Shown here one piece after another: positions 49,989 through 59,713 of a stretch of 64,000 bases of DNA; positions within the stretch are counted from its first letter, which is position 1, and each line of letters starts with the position of its first letter. Location of the stretch: positions 19,743 through 83,742 of the forward strand of contig JBEKSS010000014.1 in assembly GCA_049516875.1 (NCBI GenBank), in the 5' to 3' direction. The stretch comes from Candidatus Bathyarchaeia archaeon. GTDB lineage: Archaea; Thermoproteota; Bathyarchaeia; Bathyarchaeales; Bathycorpusculaceae. A model generated the notes under the pieces. The model saw only the letters and a list, made by a program, of their open reading frames with translations. It made no database searches and had not been told where the DNA came from. The translations under genes were made by a program, and so were the position numbers.

Positions 49989-50630
49989 TTGTCTGGACCG
50001 ATTGACATAGTGCGTTCTATTCATAATGCGTTTCGTCGAGATATTTTCCAGATTGATGATTCAGTCTTCAAAATAGCGCGTGCTGGTGAGGATCCAACGC
50101 CCATTTTCGACCGACTCCATACCGTGGCCGAGATTTTGGACTACCATGCGAAGGGTGAGGAGGCGGCGGTTTTCCCCGCTGTTGACAACGCGACCCCTCT
50201 TGTGGCGAAGGCTTACTTCATGGATCACCGTGAGCTTGACACCATGGTTAGTGGGCTGGAAGCAATGCGAAGAACACCTGATCCTCTAACAACAGCGAGG
50301 GCGACAGCAGTCCTAGCTTCGCATTTAAGAATTCATCTGGACAAGGAAGACGCTCATCTGTACGCGATTCTCAGAGAGCGAACAACAGAGAGCGAGCAGG
50401 CCTCCATTGTTGGACTCATGTCAAAAAAAGTGCCGCCTGACAGATTTCCAACTCTAGTTCAATGGCTGTTCCCCTTACTTGACTTTGAAGACCGAGTTGT
50501 AATTACAAAGGGGTGGATGACTCTGATGCCGCCACAGGTTTTTGCTGGTCTCAAACCGCTAATAAAAAAGACCGTTGCTGAAAACTGGGTCGAGCTGGCT
50601 CGGCGAATTCCAGAGCTCGACGACAAGTAA
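49989..50630 (+). CDS. Hemerythrin-like (HHE) domain protein
   Basis: H.AFRRD, YHAKGEE...FP, DH, HLDKED..LY. Confidence 0.85.
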   Translation: MSGPIDIVRSIHNAFRRDIFQIDDSVFKIARAGEDPTPIFDRLHTVAEILDYHAKGEEAAVFPAVDNATPLVAKAYFMDHRELDTMVSGLEAMRRTPDPLTTARATAVLASHLRIHLDKEDAHLYAILRERTTESEQASIVGLMSKKVPPDRFPTLVQWLFPLLDFEDRVVITKGWMTLMPPQVFAGLKPLIKKTVAENWVELARRIPELDDK

Positions 50631-50822
50631 ACCTGCACGACTTTCCAAAACGTTTGGGTTTGGGCGCGCGCGTTTACAAACAGTTTTCGAAATGGGTTTT
50701 CCAACGCGCTTGCCAAAGGCGAAAAATTCTAGAAACAAATTAAATACAAGAAACACAGAAGACAGAACTGACGCGGCAACATGCACCACAGAAACGTGGC
50801 ATCAATTAGATGTGGGAACTGA

Positions 50823-52016
50823 ATGAAAAAAATTCTCTTTGTGAGCGGTTCGATCGGTTTAGGACATGTAGGCAGAGATTTGGAAGTTGCTGGAGCGCTC
50901 AGGAAGATTCGGCCTGACCTTGAAATATCTTGGATGGCTGAGCCCCCAGCTACGGACGTGCTCGAAAAAGCTGGGGAAAAGCTTCTTCCAGAAGCAGGTT
51001 TGTTATCATCGGCCAACGCGGAGTTGGAAGGATTAGCCAGAGAATACGAGGCAAACTTGGTACAGTGGGTCATGAACATGCGAAAGGGTTGGTCTCGGAA
51101 TGCCGAAGTCTATGCTAGGATTTCTGAAGCATACAGTTTTGACCTGGTGATAGGGGACGAACCATATGATATTATGATTGCAATGCAAAAGAACCCAGGC
51201 TTGAAGAAGTGCCCGTTTGTAGTTATTTATGACTTCTTGGGGCTTGACGCAACAACTCGGAATCCGGTTGATCATCTTGCCGCTTACATGACGAATAGGC
51301 TCTGGGTCAAGTTTTTGGTAGGTGAGCCGTCTCTCGCGGATCGAAGCATCTTTGTCGGTGAAATCGAAGACGTTCCAGACAAGAGGTTTGGTTTCATGCT
51401 ACCCAACCGTCGCAGACTCGCCGAGAAACTGATTAACTTTGCGGGCTATGTGCTTCCAGAGGATATTGAAGACTTCAGAAACAAGGCTAAGGCGCGCAAA
51501 CTCTTGGGTTACGGAAATGAACCGTTGATTTTATGTTCTATCGGTGGGACATCAGCGGGGAAAAACCTGCTGGATCTGTGCGTTAAAGCATACCCGATAG
51601 TCAAGAACAAAATTCCTAGCCTTCAAATGGTCTTGGTTTGCGGGCCGCGTGTAGCGCCAGACTCGATTCAAACTCCCGCAGGGGTGAAGACTGTCGGGTA
51701 CTTGCCCAGTCTGTATAGACACTTGGGCGCTGCAGACCTTAGCATTGTCACTGGAGGCGGAACAATAACGCTTGAATTGACTGCCCTTCAAAGACCGTTC
51801 TTGTATTTTCCGCTTGAGCACCATTTTGAACAGGAAGTTGACGTGGCGAATAGATGCCAAAGACACAGGGCAGGCATCAGAATGACTTGCTCCAAAACCA
51901 CGCCCGAATCATTATCAGAAGCTATCGTCTCAAACATTGGAACGCAGGTCGATTACGCATCGATACCCACTAATGGCGCACAAGAAGCAGCCAAAACAAT
52001 CCTGTCAATTCTCTAG
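50823..52016 (+). CDS. GT-B glycosyltransferase (family 28-like)
   Basis: IGLGHVGRD, SIGGT, GPR, GG.T.LEL, HFEQ. Confidence 0.85.
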   Translation: MKKILFVSGSIGLGHVGRDLEVAGALRKIRPDLEISWMAEPPATDVLEKAGEKLLPEAGLLSSANAELEGLAREYEANLVQWVMNMRKGWSRNAEVYARISEAYSFDLVIGDEPYDIMIAMQKNPGLKKCPFVVIYDFLGLDATTRNPVDHLAAYMTNRLWVKFLVGEPSLADRSIFVGEIEDVPDKRFGFMLPNRRRLAEKLINFAGYVLPEDIEDFRNKAKARKLLGYGNEPLILCSIGGTSAGKNLLDLCVKAYPIVKNKIPSLQMVLVCGPRVAPDSIQTPAGVKTVGYLPSLYRHLGAADLSIVTGGGTITLELTALQRPFLYFPLEHHFEQEVDVANRCQRHRAGIRMTCSKTTPESLSEAIVSNIGTQVDYASIPTNGAQEAAKTILSIL

Positions 52017-52146
52017 GGCTCCTGTTTCCATGTTTTTCGCTCTGGAAAAAGGCTTGCCCACTTTTTAGGCATAATTTCTGCGGATTATTTTTTTCGCGGG
52101 ATTGCTCAAGAACTGTCTCCTTAACATCTTAAAGCGTAATATTTGG

Positions 52147-52248
52147 GTGGGCATTCGGCAGCTTGGACTACTGCACCGTTGAAAACGTCAAGGCCGTATT
52201 GCAGGTTTAGCGAGGACGAATGGGACAGTGAACTCGCCGAATGCCCGC
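52147..52248. ncRNA. Candidate structured RNA upstream of the ChrB-like genes
   Basis: Closing stem GGGCATTCGGC/GCCGAATGCCC (11 bp perfect), internal CTGCA/TGCAG stem. Confidence 0.3.
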
Positions 52249-52306
52249 GCTGAAAAGGACACATCTTATTAGTCCAGTATTCTTAGATGTCGGTAGATGA
52301 AAAACA

Positions 52307-52810
52307 ATGAAATGGGTGACAAGACAATACGTGCATGTTGACAGAACAGCATGTCCATGGTTGATTAAGAGATTCGTTGACCCCAAGGCTGAATTTGTCT
52401 TCGTTCCCGTAGAGAAGATTGAGGAAATTGTGAAGAAGGAGAAAACAATACCCTATGATGCCCCCAATGTTGAGTTGGGTCATCACGGTGAAAAATGCAG
52501 TTTTGACGCCATAGTTGAAAAATACAAAATAAAAGACCCAGCGGTTCTGGAACTTGCTGAAATCGTCCGAGCGGCTGACACGGATAAAATGGAAACTGTT
52601 CCCGAAGCAGCGGGGCTGGAAGCAATCATGACGGGAATTGGCATAGTGGCTAAGGACGACCATGAAGCTATAGAAAAAGCCAGACCAGTCTACGATGCCC
52701 TCTACACCAACTGCAAATTGAAGCTTATCCGTGACAAGCACAAAGACGAAATCGAAAAATTGGACAGAAAACAGCGAAGGGAATTCCTAAAGAAGAAATT
52801 AACAGAGTAA
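52307..52810 (+). CDS. Chromate-resistance ChrB C-terminal domain protein
   Basis: MKWVTR..VHVDR.ACPWLI.RF.D..AEF.F; HHGEKCSFD; EAAGL. Confidence 0.88.
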   Translation: MKWVTRQYVHVDRTACPWLIKRFVDPKAEFVFVPVEKIEEIVKKEKTIPYDAPNVELGHHGEKCSFDAIVEKYKIKDPAVLELAEIVRAADTDKMETVPEAAGLEAIMTGIGIVAKDDHEAIEKARPVYDALYTNCKLKLIRDKHKDEIEKLDRKQRREFLKKKLTE

Positions 52811-52833
52811 ATCTAGTATTCTTTGATAAGAAG

Positions 52834-53265
52834 GTGATTCGGATGCTTTGGGTTACTCGGCATAATCCTCACGTTGACCGTTGCGCTTCGGCTTGGCTAA
52901 TCAAAAGGTTCATTGACAAGAAAGCTAGATTCGCATTTATTTCTAAAGATGATCCCATACCAAAAGGAGCAATAGCCTTTATACTACCGAAAGCAGAGAT
53001 TAGACCAGTTGAAAAGGAAAAAACAACATATGATGTTTTGGTGGAGAAATACAACATACGAGACACGATTGCTCTAAAGATAGGCAAGTTTATTCATGAT
53101 TTTGAAACTGATGCAGAAGAGAACCCAGAGAAAGTGAAGTTTAAAGAAACCTTAGGTCTGTGTTACGTGCTTAAAGGTATGGAAAAAACGTCAAAGACAG
53201 ACAACGAGACAGTGGAAAAAGGTCTGGTTGTTTTGGATGCTCTTTGTGCATCCTTGACAGACTAG
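52834..53265 (+). CDS. Second, divergent ChrB-domain protein
   Basis: WVTR..PHVDRCASAWLIKRFID. Confidence 0.8.
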   Translation: MIRMLWVTRHNPHVDRCASAWLIKRFIDKKARFAFISKDDPIPKGAIAFILPKAEIRPVEKEKTTYDVLVEKYNIRDTIALKIGKFIHDFETDAEENPEKVKFKETLGLCYVLKGMEKTSKTDNETVEKGLVVLDALCASLTD

Positions 53266-53462
53266 TGCGCTTTAGTTTGGACACTATTTGTGGAAGTTGT
53301 TGCTCTTGCTTGCAACATCTTTAACATTTGGCTTTCTTTGCCTGTTACCTGCATGGAAAGGATTAATTCTAACACGCGCTGCATTTTTTTTCTCATGGTA
53401 CATGAGATTTGTTTTCACGGCAGATTTACCGCCCTCAGGATTCCGCAAGACTGAGTCGTTGA

Positions 53463-56400
53463 TTATCTTTCTCCTTTGAGCCAGCCCTTGATTCCGAGTT
53501 CCTTGACCGTTATGTTTGTTCGTTTGGGCTCATGGGTTTTCTCCATGCCGCTCGCATCGATGTATAGTATTCTTGGTTCTATGTGAAGAGTGCCTTGGAC
53601 CTTTGGTGTCAGAACGAGCTTTACTATTTCTGTCTCTTGTGGGCCAAGCCGCTTTTCCTTCATGTTGAGACAATTATCTTCCATGCGGTACAATTCAGGT
53701 TTCTTTACCATTGCGAAGCCTTCTGGGATGACTTCTGTGATTTTGGTCAGCAAAACGGCGCCTTTCTTGCGCGTGTTTGTAACTTCTATTTCCAGCTCAA
53801 GATTCTCACCTATCTTCAATTCGTGCGGTGTAGCTATGACGTTGCATTGAACCTCAGCGTAACCATGACTTTCTGGGCCGACTGTTTCTTTGCGTATCTC
53901 AATCAGAGGAGGAGGTAAAGCCTCGACCAATTTCATTGTTCTCTCAATTTCTTTTTTGGCCCCCATCTTCTGGAATATCTCTAGTGCTTCGTTGAGAAGC
54001 TTGCGAGCTTTCTCTCTGTCACCTTCTTGATTTCTCTCCAAATACATTTTAGCATACTCACAGAACACCATTTTGGCAAGCCAATAGACGTTCCATCGCT
54101 TTGCATCTAGAGTTTCGAACTCCCTAAGGCTCTTCTCAAAAAGCTCAATAGATTCAGCCCATTTCTTCTCGGCGTGTAACAGCATTGCCCCAAGACCATC
54201 TGCAACGGCGACCAGAAACTTGTTCCCTTTTTCAAGAGCATATTCTTGCATGCCGTCAATCAGATCTCTTGCTTTCTCGATTTCACCGATCTCCAGATAC
54301 ACGGGGACGACAAACCTGGAGACGCCTATTTGATGGCTTTTTGCCCCATGTCTTTCAGCGACCTGGTACATTTTTTCAAGGAATTCCTTTGCCTTGGCGT
54401 ATTCCCCTTTGTCAAAATGGAACCAGCCGAGATATCCGAAAGCGCTCATGATTGCCTGATAATCGTCCAATTTCTGGGAAACGCTTAGAGCCTCATTATA
54501 GTATTGCTCGCCTTTGCTCCATTCTCCCAGTAGCATATGGGCGAATCCGAGAAGGTCCAAAGAAAAAGGAAGGTGAGTAATATAACCGGCCTTTTTGTCC
54601 AGCGCAACAGATTCTTCCAGCATTGGCACCGCCTTGTTGACATCTCCCATGTCAACGTAATTTCCAGCAAGATTGGTGCCAATCCAAGACATCCATGAAG
54701 GATCGCCCACCTTCTTTGCAAGTTCAAATCCTTTCTCCAAATATTCCAATTTTTTCTCATGCTCTTCTGCGGGTAGAAAGCCAGTGTCATTGTAAACCCA
54801 GAGAGCGGTATCTGTATAGCCGTTGTCAAGAGCTATCTTTAAAGCCTTGTCCATACACTCTGCAGCTTTCCTCCTTTCTCCAAGCATTCCAAGGATTTCG
54901 CCTAAACTTGCGTACGAACGTGCAATAACATCGAACGCGTTCAGTTGCGTGGCAAGCTCAACAGCCTTCTCAGCCCAAGAGCGGGCCTCAGTTAAGTTGC
55001 CGCTGGCGCCCATGCAGATCATGGCTGCAATGTCTTCGTAAAGCCTGGCCAATTCAACGCCCGCGGTCCCTGCCTCCAAGATTTTCAAAGCGTTACCATG
55101 ATGTTCCCTTGCCTTTTCTCTGTTGCCCAGATTGCTCCAGAGAACGTTTGCCATTTTACGGTGCAATGCAGCCGCGGTCTCTCTTTCGCCCAGTTGCTTC
55201 CACAAACGCAAGGCTTCGTCCCAGTGCTTTATTCCTTTATCATATTCCCCGACGAGTTTCTCGATGTCGCCCACCTTCTCAAGGAGACAGGCCCTTTTCC
55301 GCGGTTCGCCTTTCGTTTCTTCCAACAGTTTGAGGGCACACTGGAAGTATGAGATCGCCTCGTCGTTGGCATAGATTTTTGCGGCTTTTTCTCCTGCCTC
55401 TAAGAAATAGTTTAGAGCTTTCTCCTCCTCTCCTCCTTCAAGAAAATGGTACGCGAGTTCTCCAAGATGTTGGTCGACGTTTTTCGCGAAGGCCTTTTCC
55501 AAGGCACATCCGACGGTGTTGTGAAGTTTCTTATGTCTGAGCAAGCTGACTTCCTCGTGCACAACGTCTCTTATGATGATGTCTGAAAAAGAATACACAT
55601 CTTCGCCGCGAATCAACTTCTCCTTGATTAGTCCGGTTTTGAGTATTCTTTCCAAAAGTTCAAGAAGTCTGTTTTCTTCAATTCCAGTGACTCCGCGTAT
55701 GGCCTCAAAAGTGAAATCGCTCCCAATAAAGGAAGCCAGAGTCAAAATGTTCTGACACTCGTCATCTAAGCGATTTATTCTTGCCTTTATGACGTTCTTA
55801 ACAGTCTCAGGAAACTCAATCCTTGAAACTTCTTTAATCTTCCATTTGTTCTCCTCTCGAAAGATTACCTCTTCTTCTTTGAGTGAGTTTATCACTTCCT
55901 CTGCGAAGAACGGGTTGCCTCTCGTTTTCTCGTAGACCATCCTGCAAAATTCCGTCGGAACATCTTCTTGCTCCAGTATCTGCTTAATCATTTCAGAAAT
56001 ATCGTTTAGAGACATTCGTTTCAAAGAAACAGACTGGGGTATGCGTTCCCTGTTCAACTCCGTCAAGACAGGTGTCAACGGATGCTTAGCATCAATGTCG
56101 GTGCTGCGGTAAGCCCCAAGAAGGAGCAGAGGCGTCTTTTGGACGCCGCGTGCCATATAGTGCAAAAGCAGAAGTGAAGATGGATCAGTCCACTGCAAGT
56201 CATCAAGAACCACTAACAAGGGAACTTCTCTGGAAATGTTGGTGATGAACTGGGAAACTGCTTCAAAGAGCCTGTTTTGTTCCTGCTCGGGGCTTATCGG
56301 AAAGGACTGAGGGATTGTCCTGAGCTTCTGGCCAAGCTCTGGAACCAGCTTGGCAACTTCAGCCGGATAGAAGCCAACGACCCTGTACAACTGTTCCGGG

Positions 56401-56720
56401 CTGCTGTTTTCCAAATAGTCTCTGATGACTTCGCTCCACAGAACGTATGGTGGAACGCCGTCCATTCTGAACAGGGCTGGGCATCTGCCATACAGAACTT
56501 GCATTCCACGTAGGTGTGCGTAGGCTCTAAGCTCTCTTGCCAACCGCGTCTTGCCGATTCCTGCCTCTCCATAGAGAAGAACGAGGCCGCCCTCACCTTG
56601 AATCGTCCTGTCGACAGCTTCTTTCAGAAGCTTCATTTCTTCAACCCTGTCGATAAGCGGAATCTCTTTTGCAGCGATAGGACGGGGACTCGGAATGCGG
56701 CCGCGTTCAAGTGACGTCAA
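53463..56720 (-). CDS. STAND-like AAA ATPase with TPR array and C-terminal Ig-like domain
   Basis: GEAGIGKT, LVVLDDLQW, GNPFF, multiple TPR-like repeats. Confidence 0.88.
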   Translation of the reverse strand: MTSLERGRIPSPRPIAAKEIPLIDRVEEMKLLKEAVDRTIQGEGGLVLLYGEAGIGKTRLARELRAYAHLRGMQVLYGRCPALFRMDGVPPYVLWSEVIRDYLENSSPEQLYRVVGFYPAEVAKLVPELGQKLRTIPQSFPISPEQEQNRLFEAVSQFITNISREVPLLVVLDDLQWTDPSSLLLLHYMARGVQKTPLLLLGAYRSTDIDAKHPLTPVLTELNRERIPQSVSLKRMSLNDISEMIKQILEQEDVPTEFCRMVYEKTRGNPFFAEEVINSLKEEEVIFREENKWKIKEVSRIEFPETVKNVIKARINRLDDECQNILTLASFIGSDFTFEAIRGVTGIEENRLLELLERILKTGLIKEKLIRGEDVYSFSDIIIRDVVHEEVSLLRHKKLHNTVGCALEKAFAKNVDQHLGELAYHFLEGGEEEKALNYFLEAGEKAAKIYANDEAISYFQCALKLLEETKGEPRKRACLLEKVGDIEKLVGEYDKGIKHWDEALRLWKQLGERETAAALHRKMANVLWSNLGNREKAREHHGNALKILEAGTAGVELARLYEDIAAMICMGASGNLTEARSWAEKAVELATQLNAFDVIARSYASLGEILGMLGERRKAAECMDKALKIALDNGYTDTALWVYNDTGFLPAEEHEKKLEYLEKGFELAKKVGDPSWMSWIGTNLAGNYVDMGDVNKAVPMLEESVALDKKAGYITHLPFSLDLLGFAHMLLGEWSKGEQYYNEALSVSQKLDDYQAIMSAFGYLGWFHFDKGEYAKAKEFLEKMYQVAERHGAKSHQIGVSRFVVPVYLEIGEIEKARDLIDGMQEYALEKGNKFLVAVADGLGAMLLHAEKKWAESIELFEKSLREFETLDAKRWNVYWLAKMVFCEYAKMYLERNQEGDREKARKLLNEALEIFQKMGAKKEIERTMKLVEALPPPLIEIRKETVGPESHGYAEVQCNVIATPHELKIGENLELEIEVTNTRKKGAVLLTKITEVIPEGFAMVKKPELYRMEDNCLNMKEKRLGPQETEIVKLVLTPKVQGTLHIEPRILYIDASGMEKTHEPKRTNITVKELGIKGWLKGER

Positions 56721-57054
56721 GGAAACCTCTCCACATTAACCTATCAATATGACATTATTAGATTCTGCGTTCTTATCGCTTGTGGAAGAACGTCTGATTC
56801 AATCATTGGCTCAACTGCTCAAATGAACAGGTCTTGTATGTACCACGAGCCAAAGTCCGCACACACGTTTCTTAAGCAATGTTGCAAAGTTGGAGCTCAC
56901 GCGCTTTTAGACCATTTTAACAACATGCATGCGCACGTCAGGTTGCCATATGTGCGGTACACATTTTTGGAAAGTTTCTGTAAGTATTCTTTTGACGAGC
57001 TGTAATTTTATATGAATTTCTGGCGAGTAGCTCGCTAATGTGAGCGCTGATGCA

Positions 57055-57987
57055 TTAGACTGCATATGGGTCATGGCCATTTCTCATTCTCGCAATTGAC
57101 TTTGAAGAATAGATTTTAAGCAAAATGTAGGCAGTTAAAAATACTACCAAGATTCCTGCCGCCAAGTAGGGAAGATTGCTTGTGAATGTAGTATATGAAC
57201 TCGGGTTGAGGTAGGCTCCAAGCCCAACCCCAAACGCGATTAAGAAATTCGAGAGAAAGAATGATAGCTTCCACAGCATCGGCGGTGCCCGAGAAGCTTT
57301 TTTCGCCTCTATGTGCCTCTTTATTTCACCTACGCCCAAAACTAGAGAAATGCCCAAAACGCCGATTAACAAAGGACCAATAAAGTTGAAGCTAAATTGG
57401 GGGTGGTAAAAATCGGTGAAAGTCCTAACCCCAAACACAGACAGGAGAGCCAAAAACAGGATGAGTGCAGTTGAACCAACAAAAATTCCTATATCCAAGA
57501 TACCGCCGGAATAGAAGGGACCGTATATCCTTCGCCAGGGCCTTAGAGTAAAATCTTTCATATCCGCAGCGGTTTTTCTGGTGAGCTCGACTGGGTCGTT
57601 TTGATACATATATACCTTAGTTTTGATGTCGGGTGCGATTTTTTTACCTTCGTGATCATACCTAGCTTTCTTCACCAGCCTTGAGAAAGGATAAAGCCAC
57701 TCCACCCCGCGATCTTTTGCTGTGTTGATACCATCAAGAAGAGTATGACAGAAGGCACCTATTGCAAGGTAAGGACTAATCAGAAAAAGGATCCCAATGA
57801 AAACGAAGTTGTGGTATAGCGCCCGATGGAGCTGATGGCCGCGGAAGTAATCTTTGCTGAAAAAGCCATACTCCCTATCCATATCAGGGAGGACTGACCC
57901 GATGGCAACAAGCAAAATGATGTCCCACCTCCCAAAGAAAAGAGCTCCGATCAGCGCACCAAACATTATATGCGTAGGAAGATTCAT
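57055..57987 (-). CDS. Membrane-bound metal-dependent hydrolase (YdjM-like)
   Basis: TH, LPDMD, HR..YH, H.LLD, GV.WLYP. Confidence 0.8.
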   Translation of the reverse strand: MNLPTHIMFGALIGALFFGRWDIILLVAIGSVLPDMDREYGFFSKDYFRGHQLHRALYHNFVFIGILFLISPYLAIGAFCHTLLDGINTAKDRGVEWLYPFSRLVKKARYDHEGKKIAPDIKTKVYMYQNDPVELTRKTAADMKDFTLRPWRRIYGPFYSGGILDIGIFVGSTALILFLALLSVFGVRTFTDFYHPQFSFNFIGPLLIGVLGISLVLGVGEIKRHIEAKKASRAPPMLWKLSFFLSNFLIAFGVGLGAYLNPSSYTTFTSNLPYLAAGILVVFLTAYILLKIYSSKSIARMRNGHDPYAV

Positions 57988-58237
57988 GTGAATTTACCTA
58001 CCCGCGATTCGTCAAGGACCTCAATTTGAGAAAGTCCAAGATTTTGCTGAACCTTAGCCATTCGAATCTAAGCAATTGTACGCTGCAACTCTATATATTA
58101 TTTTTGCGCGCGCGCCGACGTGGGGAAACACGCAGCTCGGATTACGCTGCATGTAAAGTGCGCTGGCCGGCGAATAGTTGTCACACACTTCGGACAAGGC
58201 CCAAGTGGAAGGGCTCTTGCCGTGGCCGCTGAAGCGA

Positions 58238-58645
58238 TTATTTGGGAGCTTTAGGAGCGTCGGGAGCGTTGGCGTATCCGGTTGAAAAAGGTGCTTGGAA
58301 TCTGCCCACGTTCTCTCTGATGATGCCATATCCCTTTTCTGCAAGGGGGGTTGGTAACTTGCCCAGCTCTAGTGGCTTTGCATCGCGTTTGAGCGTAAGT
58401 TTGATTGTTGATCTCATTATTCCCTTGTCCAACGTTACACCCGCGATGTCCGAGTAACTGTAATCGGTGTAGTCTCTCTTCAATCTGAGCGCGTGGGGGT
58501 GTCGCAGAATTACCCGTTGGTCCGTAATGATTAAGGAGTCGATGTTGATCTGAGGATGGTAGATTTTCTCCTTAATATATAGCTCAACCTTTTCGTTTGG
58601 GCCAAGTATGTTCTTTATATCATCAGGCGTAGCCATTACCATCAC
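58238..58645 (-). CDS. Bacterial-type PH domain protein
   Basis: LGPNEKV, ITDQRVI, YSDI..V.L.KG. Confidence 0.75.
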   Translation of the reverse strand: MMVMATPDDIKNILGPNEKVELYIKEKIYHPQINIDSLIITDQRVILRHPHALRLKRDYTDYSYSDIAGVTLDKGIMRSTIKLTLKRDAKPLELGKLPTPLAEKGYGIIRENVGRFQAPFSTGYANAPDAPKAPK

Positions 58646-58885
58646 AACCTAGATGATTTTTCCTAGCATTACTTCTATTGCCAGCTTCGTATAAATAGCT
58701 ATTTGACTTGGAGACTGCATCGACATCTGTGCGCAGACAATTCCCTGGCGCGTGTTATGATTGATACCATGTTAACAAAAATATGCTGGAAAACTGTAAT
58801 TTAGCATCCAAGTCGTCAGTTATCATGAAGATCAGCGAAGCCGCAGAGATGTTATTCAAGATCTGCAAGATTGCATGCTATCTAG

Positions 58886-59584
58886 ATGGCAAAATTTTTA
58901 TCCCAAGCTCAGATTTTGTGTCCTATGAACCAATCCCGTTTAAGAAACCCTTATGGCTCACCAGCAATCTACTTGATCTTAACACTGCTAATAGGCATAT
59001 TCGTTGTCCTTTTGCCGCTGAATGAAACAGAATGCAATCTTGTATTAAATCTGCAGAATTTCGCTCAAAAGACTGTAGGGCTGCAAGCCTTCCAAGTTTT
59101 GACATATTTGGGTGACTTTTACTTGTGGATCATTTTTACCCCAATCTACTTGCTTTATGCATACTCTAAGTCGAGAAAGCACCTTGACTCCGCTATTGAG
59201 CTTGCGGTTTTCTTGGTTATAACGACGGCGCTTACCTATTCCATAAAAATGGTTTTCGCCCGTCCGAGACCAAACTGTCCAGGTATCAGCGTGTATGATG
59301 AGGATATCATTTCCTCGTTTTCATATCCGTCTGGCCACGTCTCCAGAGCCACAGGCGCATTCGTAATTCTGTCCAAAGGAAGCAAAACCAGAGAATCATT
59401 AGCCGTAATAGCTATATCATTAGTTTCTTTGAGCAGAATCATTCTCGGGGCACACTATTTGACAGATGTTATTGGCGGAATATTTCTATCACTTGCAGCT
59501 CAAAAACTTGCAAACCTCAGCTTGCCTTTTCTCGTCCGCGCTAAGCACGTGTTCAATTCTCGGCCCCAGCTCACAACATCCTGA
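58886..59584 (+). CDS. PAP2-family phosphatase
   Basis: K....RPRP, SYPSGH, SR..LGAHYLTDV..G. Confidence 0.92.
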   Translation: MAKFLSQAQILCPMNQSRLRNPYGSPAIYLILTLLIGIFVVLLPLNETECNLVLNLQNFAQKTVGLQAFQVLTYLGDFYLWIIFTPIYLLYAYSKSRKHLDSAIELAVFLVITTALTYSIKMVFARPRPNCPGISVYDEDIISSFSYPSGHVSRATGAFVILSKGSKTRESLAVIAISLVSLSRIILGAHYLTDVIGGIFLSLAAQKLANLSLPFLVRAKHVFNSRPQLTTS

Positions 59585-59713
59585 AGCAAAGTTCTTATCA
59601 TTTAAATGCGTATTGGACACGTGAGCCGAAGGTACGAGATTTGTTGAGTAGGCTATTTATGGCAATATTGCTGCGCGCTAGAGAAAGGTAAGCAGTTCAC
59701 TCGCGCGCGCTGT

